From IMG/VR virus record IMGVR_UViG_2890725172_000001, positions 46,448-110,447 of that record: a stretch of DNA of 64,000 nt. The stretch is one strand, 5' to 3'. This document shows, one piece after another, positions 52,235 through 61,116 of the stretch. Source of the stretch: a virus (taxonomy: Duplodnaviria; Caudoviricetes). Positions within the stretch are counted from its first letter, which is position 1, and every line of letters starts with the position of its first letter. Made by a program: the position numbers and the translations under genes. A model generated the notes under the pieces. The model saw only the letters and a list, made by a program, of their open reading frames with translations, did not search any database and had not been told where the DNA came from.

Positions 52235-54511
52235 TCAGTTCTTCGAGAAGATAATTCCGTCGAGCGACACCCAGTTCGCCGACGAAACCGTACGACCCGA
52301 CACGACCTGACCGTTCGTCCCGATGGTCACACCGATGTACGTCGACTGGCCGTTAGGAACCTGAGCCCGGATCGCCTTAGCCGGACGCGCACCAACAGGC
52401 AGCGTCGTGATCACGTCAGCCGATGTCACGTTGGTCACGGTAAAACGTCCGCGCAACCGCACGATCTCGTTCGCCGCACCCTCAAGCCGGTACGCGGGCT
52501 CATAATCAGAGTCACCCGCACCGACTGCCGTATAAGCACCGTTCGTCGCCGTCAAAGCTGTCCACGCGCCATCGGAGTAGTTCGACGCCGAAATCGCACC
52601 CGTCGCCACGATGTTGCCATTCGGCTTCACGCACGCCAGCACCGTGGCAGACGTCCGGTTATCCAGCACCTGCCAAATATCGGCAGCCTGACCCGAACGA
52701 CCATAAAGCCGCTCAGCCGCTTCCGTCGTCTTCGCCGACTGCGCGCGGGGATTACCGTTCTCGTTCAACCACCACGTCGGCGCCCCGTCCTGCTCCACAT
52801 GCAGCATGTCCTCGGAGGTGACCGGGTCGGTGGAACTGGCCGGGGGAGCGACCAAGCGCACCAGGCGCGTCTGGTCGTTCGGAGAGACCATCTCCAGCTC
52901 GTCGACCGTCAGCTTGTCCTGCACCGTGACCGCGCCGGACACCGTGCCACCCGTCAGCGCCAGCCGCGTTGCCGCCTGAGCCGCCGCCGTCCCGGCAGGG
53001 TCGTAGGTCCCCGTGTGGTTGTGGCCCGAGGTCGCCGCGCCGATCGACGCCGGAGAGATCGCGTCCGACTGGCCGGTGCCGTGCGAGGCCGCGTGCGCGG
53101 TCGGCGTCCGGGCGTTGCTCAGCCGCGAATCGTTCCCGGCCGCGACGGTCCCCGCCGTGGTGCCGACAAGGACACCGATGGTCTGTGTCTCGTCGTCATA
53201 GGTGGCCGGAGCCGTGGCCGCCACGACACCCGGAGGACCGGCGGGACCATCAGCGCCGGGAGCGCCATCGGCGCCGTCCTGTCCGGCAGGACCCTGCTCG
53301 CCGGGCTCACCTTGAACACCCTGGATACCCTGAATGCCCTGGATACCTTGATCACCCTGGACTCCCTGGGGGCCTCGGATGTTGCCCGCCAGCGTCCACA
53401 CACCCGCGATCTGCGAGTACAGATCACCTGTACTGGTCCGCAGGTACAGGTCGCCGTTGGCCTGGAGAGCGACCGGCGCGGCCGTCCCGGAGTACAAGCG
53501 CGGCGTGTGGCCGTCAGCGCCATCGGCGCCGTCCTGCCCATCGGCACCCGGCGGGCCTTGTTCACCCGGCTCGCCTTGCTCGCCCTGAGGTCCTGGCTCA
53601 CCTTGAGGTCCCGGCTCGCCCTGCGGACCCTGGCCGCCGCCCTCACCGCCGAGCGTCCCGGCGAAGATCCACGCGCTGGACTGCTGCTGGTACAGGTCAC
53701 CGTTGACCGTGTTCAGATACAGGTCACCGCTGACATGCAAAACCGTGGGCGCACCCGCGCCCGAATGAAGCTGCGGCGTGTGACCGGCCGGACCAGAAGG
53801 ACCCTGCGGGCCCATCAGGACGCCCATCAACTCCCAGGTGCCGTCCTGCTGCTGGTAGAGCTCGCCGTTGCCGCGCAGGTACAGGTCGCCGTTCTCGCGC
53901 GGAATCGTCGGCAACCCCAGACCGCTGTACATGACCGGTGTGTGTCCGGCCGGTCCCGGAGTGGAAATCACTGCGTCTTCCTCATTGTCTGCGTCCTCGA
54001 CGTTCCACCAGGCCGCGAACTGTGGATCACCGACCAAGTCAGAGGGCTTGAGCTGCTGCACGGAGATGGAGGCCATAAGGTCGCGGCGGCCAACCTGCCC
54101 GTGAATCTGAATGCGCGTGACCCGAAAAACCCGGTTGTCGTAGACGATGCGGTCGCGCTGATAGTCGCCGTGGTCAAGGTCGATCCGGTGAAACCCGGCA
54201 CGGACCAGACCGGCGAAGGGGATGACGAAATAACCCGAGTCGACCCACCACAGACCGCCCGGCTGCTGCCGGTACATCCCCTCTTCGCGGACCAGCGTCA
54301 TGATCGGCAGACGGTGCGGGCCACGGAAAACCCGGCCAGGACCCTGCGACTCCTCGTACACCGCATCCTGCGAAGAGGCGGCGGCGTCGTACCGGTAGTA
54401 CTCCAGCCAATCGCCCCAGACCTGCTCGTAGCCGAGCATCGCCCGGTCGGCCTCGGTCGTCTCGTAGCGAGGTGAGAACCGGCCGGTCGCCTTGTGGTCC
54501 AGACGCGCCAT
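52235..54511 (-). CDS. head-closure domain fused to collagen-like fibre
   Basis: N-terminal ~170 aa (DRIVYDNRVFRV) then GPQ/GEQ triplets and three SG.GAP...GDLYL repeats; C-terminal fibre tip V.LRG..TLP.GARP. Confidence 0.75.
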   Translation of the reverse strand: MARLDHKATGRFSPRYETTEADRAMLGYEQVWGDWLEYYRYDAAASSQDAVYEESQGPGRVFRGPHRLPIMTLVREEGMYRQQPGGLWWVDSGYFVIPFAGLVRAGFHRIDLDHGDYQRDRIVYDNRVFRVTRIQIHGQVGRRDLMASISVQQLKPSDLVGDPQFAAWWNVEDADNEEDAVISTPGPAGHTPVMYSGLGLPTIPRENGDLYLRGNGELYQQQDGTWELMGVLMGPQGPSGPAGHTPQLHSGAGAPTVLHVSGDLYLNTVNGDLYQQQSSAWIFAGTLGGEGGGQGPQGEPGPQGEPGPQGEQGEPGEQGPPGADGQDGADGADGHTPRLYSGTAAPVALQANGDLYLRTSTGDLYSQIAGVWTLAGNIRGPQGVQGDQGIQGIQGIQGVQGEPGEQGPAGQDGADGAPGADGPAGPPGVVAATAPATYDDETQTIGVLVGTTAGTVAAGNDSRLSNARTPTAHAASHGTGQSDAISPASIGAATSGHNHTGTYDPAGTAAAQAATRLALTGGTVSGAVTVQDKLTVDELEMVSPNDQTRLVRLVAPPASSTDPVTSEDMLHVEQDGAPTWWLNENGNPRAQSAKTTEAAERLYGRSGQAADIWQVLDNRTSATVLACVKPNGNIVATGAISASNYSDGAWTALTATNGAYTAVGAGDSDYEPAYRLEGAANEIVRLRGRFTVTNVTSADVITTLPVGARPAKAIRAQVPNGQSTYIGVTIGTNGQVVSGRTVSSANWVSLDGIIFSKN

Positions 54512-55332
54512 CAGATGCCGCCATAGGGGTAGATCCACGGCGACGGCACACCCGAGGTGTCCTCGTGCGGGGAGTCGACCGGCGGCAGCAGCCGCGTCGG
54601 CAAAGAGTTCGGCCCGCCCTCGTCGTATTCGCGCCCGATAAAGAGAGGCACATAACGGCCGGTCGTCTTGGAGATGCGCCGCAACTGGGACGTCTCCATG
54701 CGGTAGGCGCCGATGTTGTATTGGGTGCAGATTTCCTTGTACCGGGCCTGGAGCTGGACGACGTGCATCATCATCTGCTCGTAGCGCTGGCCACGGCGAA
54801 GGTGGGTGCCCTCGGCCGTGATGATGTCCATATCGGTCGCCGCGTCGGTGGCGGCCGAATACAGCGCGTTGATCGTCGCCAAGATCGTGAGCGGGACGAT
54901 CTCGATGTCCGGCAGGTTCGCCAGCGTCATCGGCGTCCGCGTGTAGGTGATGAAGCCGTTCTCATTGCGGCCACGGACCTTCAGCTCACGCTCATGGCAG
55001 TGCTGCCGCTCGGCGTCGGCGACGAACTGTGCGAGCTCGCCGTCGCTGAACAGCGGGTAATGCGAGCCGGTCGTGATGACGGTCGCGTTGTCGGGCAGCG
55101 GGTCGAGCAGCGTGATGATCCCCGTGCGTGCCAGCAGCGTGTACCGCGACGGGTCGATGACCACACTCGGCTGGCCGGGGATCTGCTTGACGACCGTCAG
55201 CCCAACCGTGGAGACATTACGAACACCCAGCTCAAGAACCGGACGGGAGCCGAAAATCGGGACCACGAAATCCTCGGCAAGGTCACCGAGCTCAGTGCGT
55301 ACCCGGGCGATGATGTCGGCGGAAGTCGCCAC
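54511..55332 (-). CDS. head-to-tail adaptor
   Basis: RVRTELGD, FSDGEL, position between capsid and tail genes; AGGAGA RBS. Confidence 0.7.
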   Translation of the reverse strand: MATSADIIARVRTELGDLAEDFVVPIFGSRPVLELGVRNVSTVGLTVVKQIPGQPSVVIDPSRYTLLARTGIITLLDPLPDNATVITTGSHYPLFSDGELAQFVADAERQHCHERELKVRGRNENGFITYTRTPMTLANLPDIEIVPLTILATINALYSAATDAATDMDIITAEGTHLRRGQRYEQMMMHVVQLQARYKEICTQYNIGAYRMETSQLRRISKTTGRYVPLFIGREYDEGGPNSLPTRLLPPVDSPHEDTSGVPSPWIYPYGGI

Positions 55333-55354
55333 GAAAATGGTCTCCTGCTAGGGT
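55326..55354 (+). promoter_or_regulatory. sigma70/HrdB-type promoter driving antisense RNA
   Basis: TCGCCA-N17-TAGGGT with TGn extended -10. Confidence 0.5.
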
Positions 55355-55815
55355 GATCCCACCTCCGCAAGAGGTGGATCTGTTCGAAGAAATCGGTGGC
55401 GCCGGACGCTCATTCGGCGTCACCACGCCCTGTGCTGATCTCAATAGGCACGGGAGGGCTTGTCACAGCCATGACCGGCTCTGAGACCCTCAACTCGTTA
55501 CACCGGGTTGGGGGTTTTCGCCTTTTCCGGCCAAAACGCCGTAGCAACTTGGTAGAGTCTTGGTTGGTTGCTTAGTCGGGTGACACGGACGAAGCACATG
55601 TGGAACTGGCGCTGGACTGTCGAACCCCCGCGCCGGTGAAGAGCCCCTGCCCGACGATCTGCGGGCGGGGGTTCTTCGTTCCTGGCCGATTGAACATCGT
55701 GATAAGTTGTGCAACCTCAAGCGCCCCTGTGTACTTGAGGTCTGTCAGGAATCGGTCCAGATGGCCGATCCGTCTCCCCCGGCCTGATGCCACAGAGCCA
55801 GGCCGGGGGTTTCCT
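55355..55815 (+). ncRNA. putative large structured non-coding RNA (~460 nt), antisense within the virion operon
   Basis: About 11 consecutive hairpins plus long-range stems, G-U pairs on the + strand, no credible ORF, terminator at 55776-55813. Confidence 0.7.
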
Positions 55816-55818
55816 GTT

Positions 55819-56238
55819 CTAGTTCGCCGTCAGGACGAGCTTGCCGATCGCGATCTGCAAAGCCTGACCGTTGACCGGCTGCTGTGGAGCGTCCAGCAGC
55901 CACTTGTGGATGATCTTTCCGGCCGTGCCTGTCGACACGGTCACCAGCGCCGCGTACGTCACCGGCACCGGCATGTCGGCCGTCACAGGCCCGAAGGTGA
56001 TCACGGCGGAGTTCGCGGCCGAGCTCGGCCGCGCGTTGCTGGGGGCGCCCCAGGTGACCGCCTGCCGGGCGTACCCAGCGGTCGTCACCTCCGGCATGGC
56101 CGACATCAGAGCGTCGTCGGCGATGTTGCCGGTCAGCAAGGCCAGGTAGGTGGTCCGCGCCGAGGCGTAGTCCAGGGCCCGGCCGGTGAGATAGTCCAGG
56201 GCGATTTGGCAGCCGTAGACGCTTGGATTACCGGCCAT
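55819..56238 (-). CDS. virion structural protein (head decoration/fibre-anchor family)
   Basis: YLALLT..EV...GYARQAVTW..N...ITF..T...V. Confidence 0.75.
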   Translation of the reverse strand: MAGNPSVYGCQIALDYLTGRALDYASARTTYLALLTGNIADDALMSAMPEVTTAGYARQAVTWGAPSNARPSSAANSAVITFGPVTADMPVPVTYAALVTVSTGTAGKIIHKWLLDAPQQPVNGQALQIAIGKLVLTAN

Positions 56239-56240
56239 GT

Positions 56241-56492
56241 TCAGCCAACCTTCGAGAACTGCGCGTAGAACGAGGGGACGTCCAGCGCGATCGTGCGGAT
56301 GTTTCCTGCGGCCTCAGGGAAGTCAGCGGTGACCTGGTCGTCATTACTGACGCCAAGGCCGGGAGTGCCCGGGGGATGAACACCCGTGACAGTGACCTGC
56401 TGACCGGCCGTCAAAGACCCGGCGCCAATGCCGAAATCGGCCTGGAGCTCATAGACATCACCCTCAGCGGGTGGAACAAGCTTGCCGCCCAT
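56241..56492 (-). CDS. hypothetical virion-region protein
   Basis: TAATG-coupled. Confidence 0.65.
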   Translation of the reverse strand: MGGKLVPPAEGDVYELQADFGIGAGSLTAGQQVTVTGVHPPGTPGLGVSNDDQVTADFPEAAGNIRTIALDVPSFYAQFSKVG

Positions 56493-56818
56493 TAGTGGTA
56501 CACCAGCCCGCACTCTTCGAGGTGGTTGTACAGATCCGTGGGCACGGAATAAATGACGCCGCGCTTAAAGGTGTAGTGCTTGTCCTTGCCGAACGTCATG
56601 TCGATGATGTCGTCATTGACGCGCAGGCGCTTCTTGGCGCCCTCGACCGTGATGCCGCTTACCTCAACCGCGCCGACCGGGTCGACAGTAACGCCCGGAC
56701 CACCGCTGATAGTGGTCAGAGAGCCCGATCGGCCCTCCAACTCCTCGGCGTGCTGCTCATACAGCTCGGCGGCCTTCTTGGCGGTCGTGTCCCGGCTGGA
56801 AATGCGCTTGGAACTCAA
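56492..56818 (-). CDS. hypothetical head-associated protein
   Basis: TTG start with GGAG RBS; RVN.DI.DMTFG..Y.F.RG..Y.VP. Confidence 0.65.
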   Translation of the reverse strand: MSSKRISSRDTTAKKAAELYEQHAEELEGRSGSLTTISGGPGVTVDPVGAVEVSGITVEGAKKRLRVNDDIIDMTFGKDKHYTFKRGVIYSVPTDLYNHLEECGLVYH

Positions 56819-56916
56819 AAGAATCTCCGTGTCTTGAAACTGAGTACTCCATTTCAGTGTTCCGTAAAGACGCCTTGACTTATTAATCTCGTCGATCAAC
56901 TCGAATGGAAATGCGA

Positions 56917-56949
56917 GAAGCCCCTGAGGAGGCACGTCTCAGGGGCTTC
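56917..56949. terminator. terminator after the major capsid gene
   Basis: GAAGCCCCTGAG...CTCAGGGGCTTC. Confidence 0.75.
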
Positions 56950-56983
56950 AAGAATGGCGCGGTACGCCTTGTGAGGCTAAGGG

Positions 56984-58024
56984 CTAATTCGTTTCAGCCA
57001 CGATAACAGACTGGTCTGTAATTAGTCCCCAGCCAAAAATGCTATACCAGGCCAATGCGTGTTCACGGCCAAAATCGAGGATACCGCCATCGCGCAATTC
57101 GACGGGCAAAGAAATGGCGTGACCAAACGCGTTGTCCCCAACGAAGATCGACTGATACACGCTCTTACCTGCGGGAACGTCCGTCGCGAGGTCCGGGTTA
57201 TCGGCAGTCGGGGTACCGGTAGTAAGCTTCCGGACCTGAGTCGTCTCGATAAAGACAACGTCGTCGATCTTGCCAATCTCGCCCAGGGAGAACATTCCCG
57301 GCTGCGCGTACTTGCTCATTTCGATCCACTGCGGGTCGTCACGCAGACGCCGCGATTGGTGCGGGTGAACAAACGCCACATAACTGTCTCCCAAACGGGG
57401 GACATTCTTGGTCGCGAGGGTCTCGACAGCGTCCTTGACAAGGGCCGTCGTGAAGTTGAAAGTGCCGTCCAGGCCAGCGCGGTTGGCCGCAGCAGTGCCC
57501 TGGTCGTACGGCGACATCGGGGTGGCCGGTGGCTCCAGCGCGTACTTGTTGTAGCCGAACAGTCGCGACGTGGCAGTAAGCAGAGTATTCCGCGCGCCTT
57601 CGTCGAGATAAGTCGCCATGTTTCGGCCGAGCAAACGCGAGGCCGTGGCCATGACGTCGTCGAACGAAGCGTTCAGAAGCAATTCCGAAACGGCGATGGC
57701 ATAGCCATGCTCAGCGACGGTAATGCTGAAGGTATTAGCGGTAAGGGCCGCTGTCTGCATCCGGATACCTTCAACCAGCTGCGAGGCGCGGCCGAGGTTG
57801 TTGTATCGAACGAAATGCACTGTCAAGCCAGGTTGAACTCCGAGTTCAGTCTTCTTGACAGCAAATTGTTCGAATCGGAGAATTGGCATGGCCTGAAAGA
57901 GAATTTCCTTCGACCACAGTTGTTGGATAACCGCACCCAATTGTGTGGAACCACCAACTCCGGGAGCCGCATAAGCGGTCGGAGAAGCGGAAAGATTGGG
58001 GGTACCCGTGATTGCGCTAGGCAC
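56984..58024 (-). CDS. major capsid protein (N4-gp56 family)
   Basis: RFEQFAVKKTELG..PG, EHGYAI.VSE, HPHQ..LRDD, GEIG..DV.FIET, DFGREH.LAWY. Confidence 0.92.
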   Translation of the reverse strand: MPSAITGTPNLSASPTAYAAPGVGGSTQLGAVIQQLWSKEILFQAMPILRFEQFAVKKTELGVQPGLTVHFVRYNNLGRASQLVEGIRMQTAALTANTFSITVAEHGYAIAVSELLLNASFDDVMATASRLLGRNMATYLDEGARNTLLTATSRLFGYNKYALEPPATPMSPYDQGTAAANRAGLDGTFNFTTALVKDAVETLATKNVPRLGDSYVAFVHPHQSRRLRDDPQWIEMSKYAQPGMFSLGEIGKIDDVVFIETTQVRKLTTGTPTADNPDLATDVPAGKSVYQSIFVGDNAFGHAISLPVELRDGGILDFGREHALAWYSIFGWGLITDQSVIVAETN

Positions 58025-58042
58025 TTCTGAATCGCTTTCTTA

Positions 58043-58900
58043 TCAGCCGAACATTCCATATCCGTTACCGGACGCCGATGCTCCGTGCAGGCGGTGACGG
58101 TTCGCCGCGTACTCGTTCATCGGCATGGACCTGATTTCGTCGGCCGTGTACGTCTTAGTGCCCGATTGCTGTTCCAGCGGTCCAGTCGCGCCATATCCCG
58201 TGAGGGAGGCGCCACGCGACATTGCGCCAAGCTCGGCCGAAGCCGCGCTTACCTGGTCGAGAATCTTCGCGCTCCGCGCCTTCATGGCGACGATGGAGGC
58301 TTCGATTTCGTCCCGTGTGTTTCCCGTGATCAGGTCGAGAAGCTCAGGGAGAATGTTCTCCGACTCCTCAGTGACCCGCTGACGGGTGAAGTTCTGAAGT
58401 TCAAGGAATTCCCTCTCCTTGGCTTCAAGCAGGCGCTCGTTCTCACGGGCGGCACGCTCTTGAGCGCGCTCGGCCTCAATGGCGTCGAGCCGGGCCTGCC
58501 ACTGCCGGGTGGTCTCCTCTAGCAACTCCTTGGCGGACATCTCTTCGCGCCGTTGCTGATTGACCTGTTCCTCGGCAGCCTTACGGGCTTCCTCTTCGGC
58601 CTGAGCAGCCGCTTCCCGCTCGGCCTGCCAGGTCTTCAGGATCTCGTCCTGCGAGTTGACCTTGGTAGCCAGCTGGTTCATGCGGTTGTACAGCTTGTCC
58701 TTCTCCTCGCGCCGTGCCTTCTCCAGGTCCTCGGCCGTGTAGAACGGTCCGTTGGCCGGTGGGGCAGCAGGGGGAGTGGTCGAGCTGGAGTCAGTCCACT
58801 GAGGGGCGTCATCGCTGGAACCGCCGCCGATCAGGTAGATCGGGTCGCCGTTCTTCCGATGACCAATAAGGGAGCCAGGGGTGGTGATGTTGTCTTGCAC
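58043..58900 (-). CDS. capsid scaffolding protein
   Basis: Coiled coil, EKARREEKDKLY, C-terminal IRSMPMNEYA..R; between portal and MCP. Confidence 0.85.
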   Translation of the reverse strand: MQDNITTPGSLIGHRKNGDPIYLIGGGSSDDAPQWTDSSSTTPPAAPPANGPFYTAEDLEKARREEKDKLYNRMNQLATKVNSQDEILKTWQAEREAAAQAEEEARKAAEEQVNQQRREEMSAKELLEETTRQWQARLDAIEAERAQERAARENERLLEAKEREFLELQNFTRQRVTEESENILPELLDLITGNTRDEIEASIVAMKARSAKILDQVSAASAELGAMSRGASLTGYGATGPLEQQSGTKTYTADEIRSMPMNEYAANRHRLHGASASGNGYGMFG

Positions 58901-58912
58901 TTGTCGCGAGTC

Positions 58913-60607
58913 CTAGGCGCTATCGGTGTCCGGGTCTCGGCGCTGAGGAGTTCTGCTTCCATGCGCCAGTGTCACGAGTTCGGTCATGATTTTGTGTTCA
59001 GTACCGGCCATTACCGTTGCCTGATTGGCAACAGGGTTGGTCGGGGGAGCACTCGCCGAATCCGAATTAGCGCCTGTGGGCGGTGCGGGGGCATTTTCAC
59101 CTTGCGGTGTCATTCCCGTCATTGCCAAGATAGCAGAATTGATTTGCGCCCTTATAAATTCAAGTGCGCCCTGCTCAATGGCGTCATTGCGAAGCTCTTC
59201 GAAAATCTCGGCGGCCTTTTCATCCGGGAACTCAGTCCCCAGATCCTTGAGCGCGCCGCGCTTGCTTTCGAGGCCCAGGCCCATCTTGAGCTGGATCTCG
59301 TTCAGCTTGATGAGGGTGTCGACCGGCAGCGGCGGCGGCCAGTGACACTCGGTGCGGTAGACCAGCGGGTCAGTGGGATCGATGACACTGGGCTGGCCGG
59401 GCTCGATGATCCCGTCTGTGTCAGGGTCGTAGAGCAGCGTCTCCGGCTCGAACAAAAACAAGGTGCGGAGCGCCAGTTCGTTGATCTTCCGCAGGCCGAC
59501 GCTGTAGTTGCGGACCTTGGCCTCATGCTGGGACATCAGTGGGAGGTACTGAATGGCCAGCGCAACACCCGAGGTGTTGGAGATCGCCTGCTGCTGGCCC
59601 AAGGCCGTTTCGGGGACGCCCGACATTTCGTGCATGGCGCGCTTGATCAGCTCCATGTACTGGAGCGGGCCTACGAGGTCGACGCCGTTTTCGAGCGTGT
59701 AGACCTTGGCCTCTTGGGGGACGTGCCACACCTTGTGGGCACCGACCTCGGTCGAGGGATTCTTGGCCCCCTGCATGACCGTGATCGGCTGCGAATGGTA
59801 GTTGACGATATCGCTGATCTCCGTGGCCTTTTCGTTATATTCCCTGTTCAGCGCGATGAGGTTCTCAATGTCGCTGATGCCCCAGGGCGATCCGGAGACG
59901 GAGATGTTGGGGATGTGAACGACGGGGATCTGGCCCAACCGGTTGGGCCTACGGTCGATCAACTCGTCGTTGACGTACTCTTCCACGGTGTCGTCTGTCA
60001 AGACTTCCGTGTAGGTGAATACCTGTCGAGTCCCCTCCAAGTTAGTACCCCAAAAGCGATACTTTAGCTTGAATCGGACCAAACGCTCACGATCGTGAGG
60101 ATGCCACTCAGGAAAGCATGTACTTGGATTAAGTGGCAAAATTCGGACACGCCCGGGATGGACATTCCGGGCCGAGTCGACCCAGGCCGGGTCGTAGGCG
60201 ATCTTGGCGAACGCGTCGCCGGTCACACCCCCGTTCTGCGCGACCTCGGCCAGCACGGTGGCCTTGTCGTTGTCACGCTCCCAGATCCGGTTGACCAAGG
60301 CCGGGATGATGTGCTGGTACTGCTTGGCGGCCGAGAAGGTCACGCCGCGACTGAACGAGAAGTTGTTCTTGTAGTCGCTGAGAGCCTGCGTGTAGTTGAA
60401 CGTGAGCTGAGGCTCACCCGGTGCGCGGCGGTGAGTCCAATGCATGCCCATCCACCACGCCCAATTTCGGGCATAGCGGGACAAGCGAGGACCATTTACC
60501 TCAAACTCCTCATCAGAAAGCTCCACCAGGCCTAGGGGGCTAATCGACACCGTGAGGGTCGAACCCAGGGCCTGGTGGCCAGGAGTGTAGAAATTAATGC
60601 CGCTCAA
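58913..60607 (-). CDS. portal protein (SPP1 gp6-like)
   Basis: GGVTGDAF, N.LG.IPVVH.PN, G.SDI, SGVAL, W.PPLP.D. Confidence 0.92.
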   Translation of the reverse strand: MSGINFYTPGHQALGSTLTVSISPLGLVELSDEEFEVNGPRLSRYARNWAWWMGMHWTHRRAPGEPQLTFNYTQALSDYKNNFSFSRGVTFSAAKQYQHIIPALVNRIWERDNDKATVLAEVAQNGGVTGDAFAKIAYDPAWVDSARNVHPGRVRILPLNPSTCFPEWHPHDRERLVRFKLKYRFWGTNLEGTRQVFTYTEVLTDDTVEEYVNDELIDRRPNRLGQIPVVHIPNISVSGSPWGISDIENLIALNREYNEKATEISDIVNYHSQPITVMQGAKNPSTEVGAHKVWHVPQEAKVYTLENGVDLVGPLQYMELIKRAMHEMSGVPETALGQQQAISNTSGVALAIQYLPLMSQHEAKVRNYSVGLRKINELALRTLFLFEPETLLYDPDTDGIIEPGQPSVIDPTDPLVYRTECHWPPPLPVDTLIKLNEIQLKMGLGLESKRGALKDLGTEFPDEKAAEIFEELRNDAIEQGALEFIRAQINSAILAMTGMTPQGENAPAPPTGANSDSASAPPTNPVANQATVMAGTEHKIMTELVTLAHGSRTPQRRDPDTDSA

Positions 60608-60626
60608 CGGAGCGCTACCTCAGCCT

Positions 60627-61046
60627 TTAGTCGTTGACGACAGACGCGTTGTGACGCATGTAGTGGTCACCGCTACGTTGCACCATCTGGTAATGCACCT
60701 CGGCGTCGCGAGAGAACGCGCCCTCGGAAAACTCGCCAAGGAATGTCGGCGCTTCAACCCAGGCAGCACTACCGAGGTGGGCGCGCTCCTTCAGAGTCTC
60801 CGAAGCGGGCTTAATCCACACGGCCTTGTTGTGCGTCGGATGACCGGGCGGAGTTTCGTAACCGCTCATGACGCCCACGCCAAAGTCGCGAGGAACGTCC
60901 TGGTCAGTGCCCACACCCTCCTGGAACCGCAGCTCACCACGCCGGGCAGTGTTCGACGCGGCCTTACGCTCATACACCGAGGTCAGACGCTCCGGGTAAC
61001 GCGGAGTCGGCGCAAGCGGCGAATTGCGCTCAGGGTCGTTATACAT
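60627..61046 (-). CDS. hypothetical protein between terminase and portal
   Basis: AAAGG RBS; LRF.EG..TD.DVP..F. Confidence 0.75.
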   Translation of the reverse strand: MYNDPERNSPLAPTPRYPERLTSVYERKAASNTARRGELRFQEGVGTDQDVPRDFGVGVMSGYETPPGHPTHNKAVWIKPASETLKERAHLGSAAWVEAPTFLGEFSEGAFSRDAEVHYQMVQRSGDHYMRHNASVVND

Positions 61047-61116
61047 TCGCAGCCCTTTCAAATCAGCTAGCTCTTTCCAGGCTAGAGTTCAAGGGCCGAA
61101 ATATATAAATGTCGTA

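Noticed and set aside
55490-55793. Short ORFs (55572-55793, 55490-55720) across the structured gap
   Set aside because: No RBS, atypical composition and no coupling to neighbours; the region is better explained by RNA structure
55355-55815. tmRNA, RNase P RNA or group I/II intron
   Set aside because: No tRNA-like ends, no GAGGAAAGUCC, no domain V or P7 core visible, and the flanking genes are intact
34798-60067. Long + strand ORFs (e.g. 34798-36495, 36688-38208, 52799-54475, 58553-60067)
   Set aside because: Antisense shadows typical of GC-rich coding DNA; the - strand ORFs carry the recognisable motifs
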